Below the pieces are notes generated by a model, which did not search any database, had not been told where the DNA came from, and was given only the letters and a program-made list of their open reading frames with translations. A stretch of DNA of 64,000 nt from Lama glama (lineage: Eukaryota): positions 27,592,001 through 27,656,000 of the forward strand of contig CM052818.1 in the NCBI GenBank assembly GCA_028534125.1, in the 5' to 3' direction. The position numbers were made by a program, and so were the translations under genes. Of this stretch, positions 13,531 through 26,825 are shown piece by piece. Position 1 is the first letter of the stretch; the number at the start of each line of letters is the position of its first letter.

Positions 13531-14689
13531 AAAGTCTGTGTACCCCATCCATGAGGACAAGCTGTATGGCAGGTAACAGAGAAGAAAAGGATACAGAAAT
13601 AAGGTTTGTCTCTCCCTGGGCAGTTGGTCTTGGATCAAAAACTCCTGGAGGGCAGGGCAGCATCTCTTCCCACCTGGTTCTCCTTGCACAGCACTGAGAT
13701 GTGGAAGCAGGTGCTGTGGGAAGTCATTTTGGTAATGAGAACAATTGAAGCAAGAATGCAGATGATAGGAACCTGATTCCGTGTTTTGCCTCTGAATTTA
13801 CAAAAGTCTTATGAATGATATGCAGGAAACAGGAATATATAGTCTCTGAGCCTAAGTGACAACATGCTACTCTCCACGTATCTGTCAGCACTGCTAGTTT
13901 AATGGACAAACATGCAAACAAAGGAGGCATTAAATCATTGCCAGAGACCCCCCCTTGTCCCAAATATCACTGTATTGGAGGAGGAGAAAGTGCAGATTTC
14001 TGAGTATCTCACCTTCCCCAAACCCAGTGCTCCTCTACGTCTCCTCTGCACCTCAGACCTCATCAGTCCTGGAATTTCCTGTGCAGCAAAAACCAAAGGT
14101 AAAATAAATGCCGAACAGCTATTGCTGTCACTGCCTTCCCCACAGTCATCCTGCTATCAGCTGTTGGTGGAGCAGACTGGGCAGGTTGATGAGATCTGAG
14201 GAAGAATGAGGGATGAGATGTCAAGTCAGGGAACACGGCTGCCTGTGCTTGTAAGCTTCGACATGTGCGTCGAAAACAGTGAGCAAACCCAACTGCAGCA
14301 ACAGATGGGGAGAAGCAGGACATGAGAAAAGATCAGCCCACTCTGCGGGCCGAGGACCTCCCTCCCTTTCCACCTCAGCCCCAAACACAAGTGGGTGGGT
14401 AAGTGTAGGCAGGGTTGGAGGACAGTAAATGAAGAATACTTCCTTAGATGCTAAGATCTCTAATTGCACTGGACCATGATCAGAAGAGTTCTTTAACCCC
14501 AGAGATTTCAGCTCCAGGTCCAGGAGCACAGGGGTTGGGACACAAGGACTGAGAGAGGACTGCTGTGAGCGGCACCATGTGATTGCCCAGGACAGTGTAG
14601 GGATCTGGCTAGCCATTCAGAGTTGTAGATCTAAGCAATACTGTGAGTGAGCATTTAAATGTTTTAAAAATTTTATGAAACTACTAGAA

Positions 14690-15140
14690 TATAATTCCTG
14701 AGTCAGGAAGGACTTTTAGGAAATGACAGCAAAGGTAGGAACAATAAAGGAATATTATAAAAGAAAACTATAAAGGAATTGTCTATATACAATTATTAAA
14801 TGTCTAAGCACCAAAAAATAAAAATAAAAATTATGAGAAAATAAAAAATCGTGAAAAATAATTTGTAATCTCTATGACAGATAAAATGCTATGTCCTTAC
14901 AATGTGAAGAACTTATAAGGGAAGACAAACACCTTCAGAGAAATATTAACAAAGAAATAATTGGGTAATTTACAAAAAAATACAAATGGCAAATTAATAT
15001 ATAAAAATATTTAGTTACAGTAATAGAGTAAAGAAAATCAAACACTGCTTTTCAATAATGAATTCGGCATACAAAAATACTGAATGTTGGCACAGCTGAT
15101 TTTTATATGGTGATGCAGCATTTGTAAGTTGCTATAATCA
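14690..15140 (+). mobile_element. Ancient L1 ORF2 3' fragment
   Basis: A-rich; 'aatttacaaaaaaatacaaatggcaaattaatatataaaaatat' resembles the L1 region encoding QMANKHMK. Confidence 0.6.
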
Positions 15141-15145
15141 TTCGT

Positions 15146-15490
15146 ATGTTAGTTCAGTTTACACTGGCTGCTATTACAACAAACCTGAAAGTGAACAATA
15201 ACGTAAGTGTAAATGCATGTATTTCCTGCCCATTTTAAGTCCAAGGAAGTGCTCCCTAGTGGCAGTAGGCTCCTCTCCAAGCAGCAATTCAGAGACTCAG
15301 GCTCCTTTCTTTTTTCCTTCTGTCTGGTGCCTCCACCATCTTCAACATGGTGGCTTACTGGTTCACAGTCAAGAAAAAAATGGAAATAGCATGGAAAATA
15401 GCTTTGTGTCTATGGGAAAGTCCTGGAATGGCATGCATAACTTAAATTCACATTCCATTGGCTAAAAATTATTCACATGGTATGTGAATG
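15146..15490 (-). mobile_element. Old MLT1 (J/K-like) LTR
   Basis: 'attcagagactcaggctcctttc' and 'cacattccattggctaaaaattattcacatgg' motifs. Confidence 0.65.
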
Positions 15491-18400
15491 ATATCTCAAA
15501 AAAGCTGCTTTTTTTTTAATGTAGAAAGATAATTTAGAGAGCATGGTGTTATGAAAGCAAAGAGAATTATTCAAGAGGAGAGAAGGGGTTAACCGTACCA
15601 TATATTGCAAGGAGGTTGAGGAAGATGAAGCCCAAAGAGAAACGAAATGACTAACTATGAGTTTATTGTTAATCCTGAAAAAAAAAAAAACAGTTCGAGT
15701 AGAATGATGAGCATTCAAGGCTAATGGAACTTCATTAATGAAGGGCTAGGTGAAAACTGTAAGGGATAGCAAGTAGCACTCAAAAGCTACTCTACCGAGT
15801 TTTGCAATAAAAGGGAAAAGACATAAGATGACAATATTAAGTGATAAAGGTACAGAATGAAGGGTTATTTTTTTATAAAAGACCTGATGATATACACAAT
15901 GATGTAGCACCTGACTCTGAGTCAGTGTCTAACTGGAGGCTGGGGGATGAGATTCTATGAAAAGTAGAGGCTTAGTCTCACCAGGAAGAGATGTTTCTTC
16001 CTCCAAAATTTTAGGGAAATAGAAACATTTGGTCAAAAATGAAAAGAAATATTGGATAGAGATAGTTTATCAGATGGTTGAAATCATTTCAGTAATATAA
16101 CACTTAATAAAATCTGCTAAGGGAAAGGGAAGTAAAATATGTTTGAGATAGTGTGGGAAATGGGACAAGTTTGGGATAACTGTTACTGGAAACACAATCA
16201 GAAAAGAAAATAAATTCTCAGAAGTTTTTGGTTTTTTTTTTTTTTTGGTAGCCACCAAATCCCTGAGGTGGGTGTCACATGGACGAAGGGATAGGGAAAA
16301 GAGAGTTTGGCTGCAATAAATGTGAATTTCATCAGACTGGTATTAACTTTCTTACTTTTAAAGAGTTCAAATTATCAAATTATCAGTAAGTCCTCAATGG
16401 GGGATGAACACATCTTTTTTAAAGTTGCCCGAATCCCTCAAATATTATCTTTTCTTTCTCAAATAAAAAAGCTGCTCCCCACCACCACCAAAAAGAGGCT
16501 GCTTCTGATCTTTGAAATATTTCCCACAGTAAATGTTTGTTTTATCACAAGTCATCAACTGTGTTACTCAGATGCATCAACAGATTTAATAGCTTATACA
16601 AAGCCCAACATTTTTTCCCCATTTGTTCTTGTTACTATGTATTTTATTCAGAAGAGCCCCTCATAGTTCAATAACTTCTGAGAATGTTTTTATTGATCCT
16701 GGAACAATAAAGGAATATTATAATATTCAATACAATCCATGAGACCTACAAAATGTTCAGTATGTATTAAATATTTACTGTCCAATTTCCCTGATCAATC
16801 CAAGCAGCAGAAGTAGAGACCATGGTCCTAAGGGGATGAAATAGAGGTGGGGGACTGGTCCAAGGGGAAAACTCGCCAATAGAGCAATGACCTTAGTGTA
16901 CACTGGAAATCTCTCAGTCTCTGTGGGCAGCACGAATGGCAAGTTCTTGGTGGACAGAAGGGTGCTGAGAGAAGAATGGAGGGGTGCAAAAGGCTATCCT
17001 ATTCCAGGATGCTAAACTTGAAGCAGTGTGAACATGATCTCATCTGCCTGTCTGCTTATGGGCCAAGGCAGGAAACTGGGGACAAATTGTTCTGACACCA
17101 CAAGACTAACTCAAACTGAGGACTAGCCTCCTATGAGCTGAAATGGTCCCAGCAGTAAAAATTCCAAAGCAGCAGGAAAGTTGGAACTCGTTTTTTTTAT
17201 TGATATCAATATTAAAAAATTCTGAATGGGGTGAGACACCAGTCACAAACGTGGAAGCAGGAGCCTCTCTCAGACAATGATCATGGTCACATAAAAGGTT
17301 TTGTAACGGTGTCCAGGGGAGATGAGTGGTTTGCAATGTCTCTGCAACCGAGGGCTAGCGGTGGGGTTCTATGCTGGCTAGTGGGCAGACGAGGCTTGGG
17401 AAATTAGCAGTGTCCTGGTAAACAAGATGCACTTCAGGAGAAAATCCTAACCCCAATTATGCACCCACCCATGAATCAGGAACTGAGTAACCATATCAGG
17501 GGTTAGGTAGAAACCAGTATCTTCGGGAACACTCGGGTAACTGGGTTCTCACTCCATGGAAATGAAATACCAGGGTTAGGTTGTGAGACCGATGTGAGGG
17601 CTTCTAATAATTATTCACTCATGCATTAAGCTATTATTCTGTGCCTACTATGTGCTAGGTTCCATGATAGTTGCTGGTAATGCAAAAACACATAGGATGT
17701 AGTTTTTAAGCAGCTTACCACGCTGAGTGGGAGAGACACTTGATGAGCCAATACACATGCAATTTCAGTAGGGAACACTTCTGAAATGGAGTGAGGGTCC
17801 TCCTGAATTTTGGAGGGCCACGCTGTCTACAGTAAGCACAAACTGGTAACTCCTTCTTTCCAAATCTTCCTAAAATCTACCCTACTCTGAATATAATTCT
17901 CCCTTTGAAAAAAAAGGGGGGTGAGGGAGAAACTTTATAGGAAATGTGAACTAGCAACTGTGTTACACAAGTCAATCCCACAAATAGCTACATAAAACAA
18001 AAAAAATCATAAATAGTCAAGCCCATCTGTATTTATTTTGTCTGATCCAATTGCACATCACAACTCTGTTGCCATGGCTCCAAAACAGCAAGTCAGTTTG
18101 GTCAAGTCAGTCAAATAAAAGTCAAATGAGTTTTTGAAAAAAGACACAAGCTGGAATGGTTGATATCTTCATCGCGTATAGGCACAGCCTAGAACTCGAT
18201 ATTTACTTCTATTTGTTGGCTGTTTGTTTTAGTACTGATTCCCAAATCCCTTTTCTCTACTATTTTACAAAGTGCACAACTTTGCCTGAGTTAAACTGTA
18301 TACAGTATCTTAATACATCATCTTCTAATCATTAATTTTCATCAGAGAATGTCAGCAGGGAATTATGTCAGATTACTTGGATCTGATATCTTCTCATAAA

Positions 18401-20897
18401 TCCATTCTAACCTCTACGTAGCCTTTCATTCTATCAGACATTTTCCATCTCTCTTGGAAGCTTCTTAAGGTTTTTTTTTTTCTTGAAATTAAAGTTGAAC
18501 TTATCCAAACTGTTCCTGTCTTTATTTTTAACAAATGTTTACTAAGTTCCAGTATTTGAAAAGTGCTGAATAAAATGTTAAGAGCTGGGGACAAATATTG
18601 TCTCTAATTTATAGGTAAAGCAGGATTTTCTGAATTGTTCTGGAAAAAAAGCAGAAGTTTTCCTCTACTGACAAGGAGCTGTCCTCGGCTGGAGCTAGAG
18701 CCAGCAACTTCCCTACAGGACTTGTTGAGAGACACAGCGCAGAACTTTCACCAAGTGGTCAATCCCCCACTAATCCTCACATCCAGAAAGAAGATCAGGG
18801 AGCCATACGAGATGGGTACGGCCGTATTTGTGAAGAAAACATAAGGAATCTGGGATGTTTCCCCTCTGAAAAGTCGAGGTTACCATTCGTGAGGACCTCC
18901 AGAAAGAAAAAGTGAATGACATCTTTTTCTCTGGCTGGAGGGCTGCTGAGCTGCAGACCCCTCAGGTCCTTGCTGGCGACGCCCCAGGAAGGAGCGTGCC
19001 AAGGAATTCCTGAGGAGAATTCTTTGGAGAACTCTAAAGGTTTGTTGTATTATCATTTTTGGCCTGTTTCCCTCACTGTGGAGAGGAGGAAGTGGGTGTT
19101 TCACAGGTTTCTTTTAAAGTTTTAGCGGGCAACCTTAAACATAAAGAATGATGCCTCCTTCTGGCTTAGAGATTTACGAACAGTGGAGACCACTGGAGCA
19201 TCCTGTGCCAGTGGAGCTTAGGGGTTTGGTGTTCCTAGGCACCTCGTCCCAGCTCTCCTCAGCCCTCCCAGCATGAGGATGAATGTCTCAGCTCTGCAGA
19301 AGGAAGCACAGAGATAGGTTGAGAATGCCCAGACAGCTGCTAGAGCAATAGATGGGATGTCCAATCCACAGGAGGAGTTGAGGTAGGTATAGGCTGGGGA
19401 AAGAAAAGGGAGACACATCTGCTTCTCTGGGGGATGCTTCAGTGACAGAGCTGGGGAAAAGTTAAGTACCACTCAAAGAGAACCAAGCACACCATCTGGG
19501 TAGAAACCTTGCCCGCAGATATGACCAGCATCAGTTAGAGCCAGACTAAGTCTATCAGAGGGAGACACAGATCCACCTCTGATATATGAGCAGTCCTGAG
19601 AAAAGACTTATGCCTCCCATATGCTTCCCTCTTGTCCACAACACCAGAGAAATCAATGCCTAGGGAGGGATTCATGGGGAGGGAGGACTCCGCCAGGTGT
19701 CAGCTGGCACCTTCTCCACATCCAGCTGCCATGGCCACAGCTGGGGAGAAAATGAGATTCCATCAAGAGTAAGAGTAAAGTTTTAAAGTAAACACATTTA
19801 AGTCTCCAATTGGAAGTCATTATTCAATAAAATAAAACAATTTCTCGTATAGGTCAATGAGGTGGTATCTACACACACAGAAACTTAAAAGTTGCATCAA
19901 ATGTCTAGTTACTTCAACATATTTACAAAGCTGATATTTTCCCCCTTTTGTCAAGTTGTTCATCACCATCCCTGTTAATCACTGACTACGACTTATAACT
20001 CAGAAAAGACCATACAGTGTATACTGTTACTACTACAAATAAAAATTCATCTTAGAAAATTGGTTTGGATCAAAATCTTCAAGAGTATTTTATTTTCAAA
20101 AATTTCCAAAGGTTTCCAAGATGTTATGTCACTAACACATCCTTTAAAATTATTCACATTAGTTACAAGTGTTGTATTTCAGGAAAAATATGTGTTTGCT
20201 GTGGAAATAAAATGAAGCAATGAAATAAAGAATATGAAAAATATTGCTTCTTGAACACACCCCTGCAAAAATTATTTGGGTCTAAGTAAAACTGATTACT
20301 CTAGTATGGCTAGTTTGGCTGCAAAGAGAAGAAATAAAATTGCAAGTGAAACGTATTTTAAAACCGTAACAGTATCTCGAATCTCAGGACTGGTGGTGTG
20401 TTTTTAAGAGGTTTCCGGAAACGAGGAGCAGAGAGGACATATAATCTCTCCCTTAGGGCATCTCAATTCCTCTGTGGATGCTTGTTCCACTCTCAGCTCT
20501 TCACAGAAGAGAAGCTCCCATAGTTTATACTGATTCATAAGTTTGCTCCAACTCTCAACTTCCTGGCCCTTTGACCTCAGGTTCCATCACTAACTGGCCA
20601 CTTTCCCTCATGTTTCTTAATTCAAATAACCAAGTGAGAGAATTGTATTGGTTCACATTTTTGTTCCAAACCACAGCAGATAGGGGTTCTCCTTGGAACC
20701 CGATCTACTCACTCTTTTCTAGGAATAGGGGACACACAGTATTTGAAGAAACTGAGTTTCCAGTGAACTCCAGTCCTGGGTCCCTATGTAATATCTGATA
20801 TAAAGGAGTCTGAGTAACCATTAGGTATATTATGCATAGTTAAATTGTTTACTCAAGTTTGTACAAAGAAATCAGCCTTTAAAAAATCTTATAACTT

Positions 20898-20985
20898 GGG
20901 GTTGGGGGAGGTGTATAGCTTAGCAGTAGAGCACATACTTAGTGGGCATGAGGTCCTGTGTTCAATCCCTAGAACCTCCATTTAA
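20898..20985 (+). mobile_element. tRNA-Ala-derived SINE (camelid vic-1 type) with 17-bp TSD
   Basis: A box 'tatagcttagcagtagagc', B box 'gtgttcaatccc', end 'acctcca' plus A tail; TSD aaaaaatcttataactt (20881-20897) / aaaaaatcttattcctt (20986-21002). Confidence 0.85.
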
Positions 20986-23660
20986 AAAAAATCTTATTCC
21001 TTCACTTTGAGGCAGAAGTTATCTTTTAAGAAAACATTTATTTTTCATATTTTGGACCATGGCATCATTGTTATCAAAGGTCTCAAAGACCCCTCAGGTC
21101 ATCTATCTCATCTGTTCTCACTTGCTAATCCCCCAAATTTTACCAGGGTTCTAAAATTTAAAAATTGCAAGTAAATTATTTACCTATAGTAGAACCCAGA
21201 ATACAGATATTTCCATATTACAGACAGAAAGGCATTTAGGTCACCTGTGGGAAGAGTGCTGCTGGCTGTACACTCTGAAAACCACTTCCCTCGTAGAAAA
21301 GAGAGCTCTTAACCGCAAAAAACTTCCTCCCGTCATCCATCCTAACCACATCCCCTCATTCCTTACACAATGGAGATGAAAAATAATCTTCCTTGAATGA
21401 ACAGAAAAGAAAAAAATAAAAACAAAAGAACCCAACATCCCCTCTCTTACATAGCTATCATGTATTGACTGCATGCTGAGTTCAGACTTCTTTTGTTAAA
21501 TATTGCTAAATTTGACCCCAAATTTGGAGGTCCTTTTGAGCTCAGTTCTTCCTTGCCTCAAATTGTGCTCAAGGTCAACTACTAGACTCCAATGACGTAA
21601 ATCCAAAAGGCCTTCCGTTTCGGATACAATACTTTTGTTTTACGTAGTACTGTTGACCTAACTTCATGAAACAACTAACAGGAAGGCAAGAGTTAGTGGC
21701 TTCTACAAATTAAATGTACGTGCTTTGTTCCCATTTGATTGTAACAGACCAACCAAAATATAAGAACTTATTTGTATTTCTTCTGACTTTTGAGGGGAAA
21801 ATGACCTAACTACCAATTATATCTAATTAACAATGCCATGTTTATTCCATAATGGTATTCACCAACTGACACACAAAATGAATATGCTTCAGGAGAATAT
21901 TAAAGACAGTCTACTTGCAATCTGTTCGCAATAATGAAGCTCAACAGCAAAAAACTGTAGGGATGAACATGAACACATGTTCTAGAACTTCTCTACCTGT
22001 ATGTAATGGTCTCCATGGGAGGAAGAGACAGCTGGGGAGGGCCACATCAACGAAGAGTGAAGAGGCAGGTTCTAGAGAAGGACTAGAAGGCAACAGCCTA
22101 AGTGAAGGTCGTTAACTGAGTTTTGATCAATTTGTAAATGAAGTATACCTAGAGGGCAGACCAACCCCAAGAAGAAGTTGATTTAAAAAAAAAAGATTCT
22201 GTCTTCTTTACATTTATTAGAAAGAGAGATACATTACTTCTAATGACGAAAATCAATGTTTTTAAAGAAAATTATTTAAGATCCTTGCTTTCCCTGGGGG
22301 ATACTGTTTAATTCCAAAAGAATATTCAGACTATACACCAGAAAGCACTTCTGACAAGTTTCCTTCCAAGTTTAAACATCTGTGGTTTTTGTGGCCTTTT
22401 CACCTGGAGAAACAGTACAATTGACGCAGTTTTTCCACGTTCTGTGACACTTGGCCATGTTTCAGATTTGAGTCACAATGGGGCTTTAACTCTTCTCTCT
22501 GAGATTTCTGGTCTTATGTCACCTCTTATTCAGACATTTTTAAGTTAAAGGCAAAGTTCTACAAACATGAGAATTAGGCCAGCATTTCAGAAAGTTGAAG
22601 ACAAGAAAACCCAGGTGGGCACAATATGGAAAACTTTCCCTGTGTCAGCCAGCTCTGCTCTCCTGCTGATTCCCTGCTGTCACCTTCTCCAACTACTCTC
22701 ACCTCTTTTTTTGTTTTTTGACTAGCACACCCTCTCAATCTTGTTTGGATTAAGTAATCACTTATGAACATAAGAATACAATCTCTTTTCTGAATAAGAA
22801 GAAAAATACCACTACATATAGCTCTCTGCATTGCAAAATATAAAAATATTGCTCTACATTTTTGGAAATCTGCCTACGTTTTATTCAGAAACAATTGTCA
22901 CTAGGAAAAAACAGGGGTCAGGAACTTAGGCTGTTACCACGTTGTCAAATATTGTATTATAATCTAGGGATAAATGTGTTCATTCACAGAGGGCCAGCCT
23001 CCTATATAAATGTCAGTCGCCACTCCAGGAAGCAAACTGGAAGCACTTTTCAATCCCCATGACCTCCATCTGAATAAACAGAGAATCTAAGCGAAAACCA
23101 AGGCCTTATCATGCAACACATATTCAGGAGAGGAACTCCAGGCCCACACTTAAACCAGATTGCCATGGCCCCTCAATTCTATCTACACAGACATCACGGA
23201 GTACTTATGGCCTCCATTCCAAGGGTGTGAGAATGTCTTTTTTTCAGAGCCAAAGGACCAAGGGACCACAATAAAACAAAAGAGGTTCGTGAGACAAAGC
23301 CAGTAATCTAGGATTCCAGGTCACCCCAAGAAGCAGAGTCTGAGGTAGTCCTGAGTAACAAGAGCATAAATCTGAGAGATTCAGTAGCCAGAGAAATGAA
23401 AAGAAGATGGCCAGTCGGATGGGCAATCTGAAGCCAGTCTGTGTAACTGAAAACACAGGGGATCTTCTCCACTATGGGCTTTTACCTGCTTTCAAGGGCA
23501 GGATGCCCAGGTGATCCAACTGTATTTGGAGGACTATGGCTGATGCAGAGATTAGCTGATTAATCTCACTATTAATTTAGAAATTAGTCCTGTAATTGGT
23601 CTAATTCTCAAGAATGAAGAATTCAGCTACTCCCGCATTTATCCATAAGCTTTTGCGTGA

Positions 23661-24046
23661 TGCTGGTAGCTGTCTACCCAAATCCATTCCACCACCCAAG
23701 TTGACAGTGTGCCAAGACAGAAATACTCACTTCCCTATAATCCCCTGAAGCTCTAGATGGCTATGTGACTGATACTCAAACCGAGGATTTCTGTTATTGG
23801 AAAGAAATGATTCCCAAGTCTGTACATGTCGCATAATACCGTTTCTTTCTTGTACTGCCTAGAGCACTGAAATGAGAGCTGCTTAGACTAAAGATGTGCA
23901 GGAGACGGAGAAGAACCAGGACCCCACCAGCATCACAGTGGACCATTCCAGGACTTCTTGGTATCAGATCCAAATAAATCTATATGTGTTTAAGCCAGTG
24001 TTTGGAGTATCTCTTAATTATAGCAGAACACATTTCCAAGTGATTA
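23661..24046 (+). mobile_element. Old MaLR (MLT1J-like) LTR
   Basis: 3' end 'ggacttcttg...aaataaatctatatgtgtttaagccagtgtttggagtatctc...agcagaacacatttccaagtgat'. Confidence 0.6.
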
Positions 24047-24580
24047 TAGTAAAATGTCACTGTTTCAGTAATGGCCAAGAACTATGAAGTTCCACATTTT
24101 TTTTTACCATTCTACATGTGGCCTGTTAAGCTAAGAAAACACATTTCATTCAACAAGAGCACATGAGTGAGAAATGATCCTAGAGATACACAGACTCTTA
24201 AAATGAGAAAAAAAAAAAGCTGAAAGTTGTAATCCAGAATAAAAAATGATCCAAAAAACCTCATCTGACAGAGGCTGCACCAATGTTTTCAAGGAACAAA
24301 TTATCCACCTGTAGAGTTGTCTTTGTCCAATAGCAAGTGTCATTAGATCCAGCAAGAATAAAATATGTTTCTTAATCTTAATACCAAAGAAAACAAGAAG
24401 ATATAAAAAACAGTGTAAAATTAAGGGCAGAATTCAGACAACTAAAGCAACCTGCTCTTGGTTGGCTGAATTTATCCAGGCCTCTGGCCCATCTCCCATG
24501 ATTCCACTTCACTTCTGATGTCTCTGCCAGCTCTCATCCCTATATTAGCTCTCTCTGCTCCTGGAATTACCTACATTTCT

Positions 24581-25475
24581 TTTCTTATCTTTTTTTTTAA
24601 CATTTTTTATTGATTTATAATCATTTTACAATGTTGTGTCAAATTCCAGTGTAGAGCACAATTTTTCAGGTATACATGAACACATATATATATTCATTGT
24701 CACATTTTTTTTCTCTGTGAGCTACCATAAGATCTTGTATATATTTCCCTGTGCTATACAGTATAATCTTGTTTATCTATTCTACGTTTTGAAATCCCAG
24801 TCTGTCCCTTCCTACTTCCTGCCCTCTTGGCAACAACAAGTTTGTATTCTATGTCTATGAGTCTATTTCTGTTCTGTATTTATGCTTTGTTTTTTTGTTT
24901 TTTTTTAAGATTCCACATGTGAGCGATCTCATATGGTATTTTTCTTTCTCTTTCTGGCTTACTTCACTTAGAATGATATTCTCCAGGAGCATCCATGTTG
25001 CTGCAAATGGCATTATGTTGCCAGTTTTTATGGCTGAGTAGTATTCCATTGTATAAATATACCACTTCTTCTTTATCCAGTCATTGTTGATGGACATTTA
25101 GGCTGTCTCCATGTCTTGGCTATTCTAAATAGTGCTGCTATGAACATTGGGGTGCAGGTGTCATCCTGAAGTAGGGTTCCTTCTGGGTATATGCCCAGGA
25201 GCAGGATTCCTGGGTCATATGGTAAGTCTATTCCTAGTCTTTTGAGGAATCTCCATACTGTTTTCCACAGTGGCTGCACCAAACTGCATTCCCACCTGCA
25301 GTGTAGGAGGGTTCCCCTTTCTCCACAGCCTCTCCAGCATTTGTCATTTGTGGATTTTTGAATGATGGCCATTCTGACTGGTGTGAGGTGAAACCTCATT
25401 GTAGTTTTGATTTGCATTTCTCTGATAATTAGTGATATTGAGCATTTTTTCATGTGCCTATTGATCATTTGTCCA
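24581..25475 (-). mobile_element. Young 5'-truncated L1 (ORF2 Cys-rich C-terminus plus 3' UTR) with 13-bp TSD
   Basis: ORFs 25073-25468 ([30 protein letters not shown]...[18 protein letters not shown]) and 24855-25097 ([18 protein letters not shown]) are joined by a single frameshift; TSD tacctacatttct at 24568-24580 and 25476-25488; poly(T) at ~24581-24598. Confidence 0.95.
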
Positions 25476-26825
25476 TACCTACATTTCTATCTCCTGTTTT
25501 TGATCCCTCTTTGCTACTGAGGCCTCCATTCTGGAATCTTCCTTCTCTTCATATTCAGTTTTCTAGTTCTTAGCTCATAATAGTTCCTCTGCCCTCACTC
25601 TGAGAGGTCACCTCAGGTCTGGTTGATTTCTTGGGCCCAGAGGCAAAAATCAGGGTTCCCCTCCAGATGCTGCTTCCCCGCAGTGCTCTCTCCAGCTTAA
25701 TGGCCTCCCAGCTCTGTTTACACACAATTCTGTAATTTACATGCCCTTGGGAGCCCCTGACCCAGCTTCTCTTCACATGCCTACACGCTGGCCAAGCAGC
25801 AGGCTCTGAATTTACTATTTTTTTGCTAATTAAAAAAACAAATGCCTTACAAAATTAAGGCAGAAGTTATGGTACAACTATAACTGTGGGAAGTAGAAAA
25901 GTGGGGGAAGGTGAGAGTCTGTATCTCCACTGCTCAGAATTAAGCTTATATTTTTTTATTGCATTTTTAAAGGAAGATTTGGTCCCACAGATACCCTCAC
26001 ATAGCTGAATAACACATCTTCAAGTTTTTCCTTTGAAACATTTATAGAATTTTCTAGCAACTTAGAAGCCTTTCTATATAATCACTGCTAAATTAATCAA
26101 AAGGGCAAGTGGTCAACGATTTATTGTCTTCCAATTAGTTCCTTGCAGCTCTCCAAAAATGAGGGCCTAAAACCCTGCAGTAACTTCTGAAGTGGTAGCA
26201 ATATTTATACTGGATTATGCTTTCTTACAAGAGTGATTTTTTAAAAAGGCACCAAGTAGAAAGAATTTTAAGAGTCCCCTGTGTGGAAGAATCTATCCTA
26301 GTTTATGTCCATTGATTTGAAAGGGTGTTTGAGAAAGAATGGGAAAATGAGCCCAGGAGATCAATATTCTGAACAATTAACCTATAAACAAATAAATAAC
26401 CCAGTATATGGGCTACTTAATGTCACATCTCTATAGATAGACAACAGCAAGTTTGCAGGAGAGGTTGACATGACGGATATCACCAGAGTCAAGGCACACT
26501 TTGCAGATTCAGAAACAAAAGCATATGCACTCTCTTCATTGTTCTGCACTCTCTGGCTTCCCAACTCTTTAATCCTCTCACCCTGATTTTCATCAATAAT
26601 TTGGATATTTATATTACTCCTCAAAGTAATGACATATAATAGCCATGCAAAAAAAGAGGCAGGGGCAAACTTAACCACTGTGGGACTAGAGTTCAAGTCA
26701 TCTCTTAGGACACCAAGAGATATACCACTAAAAGGACACATGTTGAGAAGCCACAGTTTGCCTTGTGCCACAAAGAAGCTCTTGTCTATGTATGCACATC
26801 CACAGTTCATCAACCTGACGTTAAA

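Noticed and set aside
20904..20980. tRNA-Ala gene
   Set aside because: Stems and anticodon arm are degenerate, and it has an A tail and TSD, so it is a SINE.
24855..25468. Two protein-like ORFs
   Set aside because: L1 ORF2 C-terminus in a 5'-truncated copy split by a frameshift; not a host gene.
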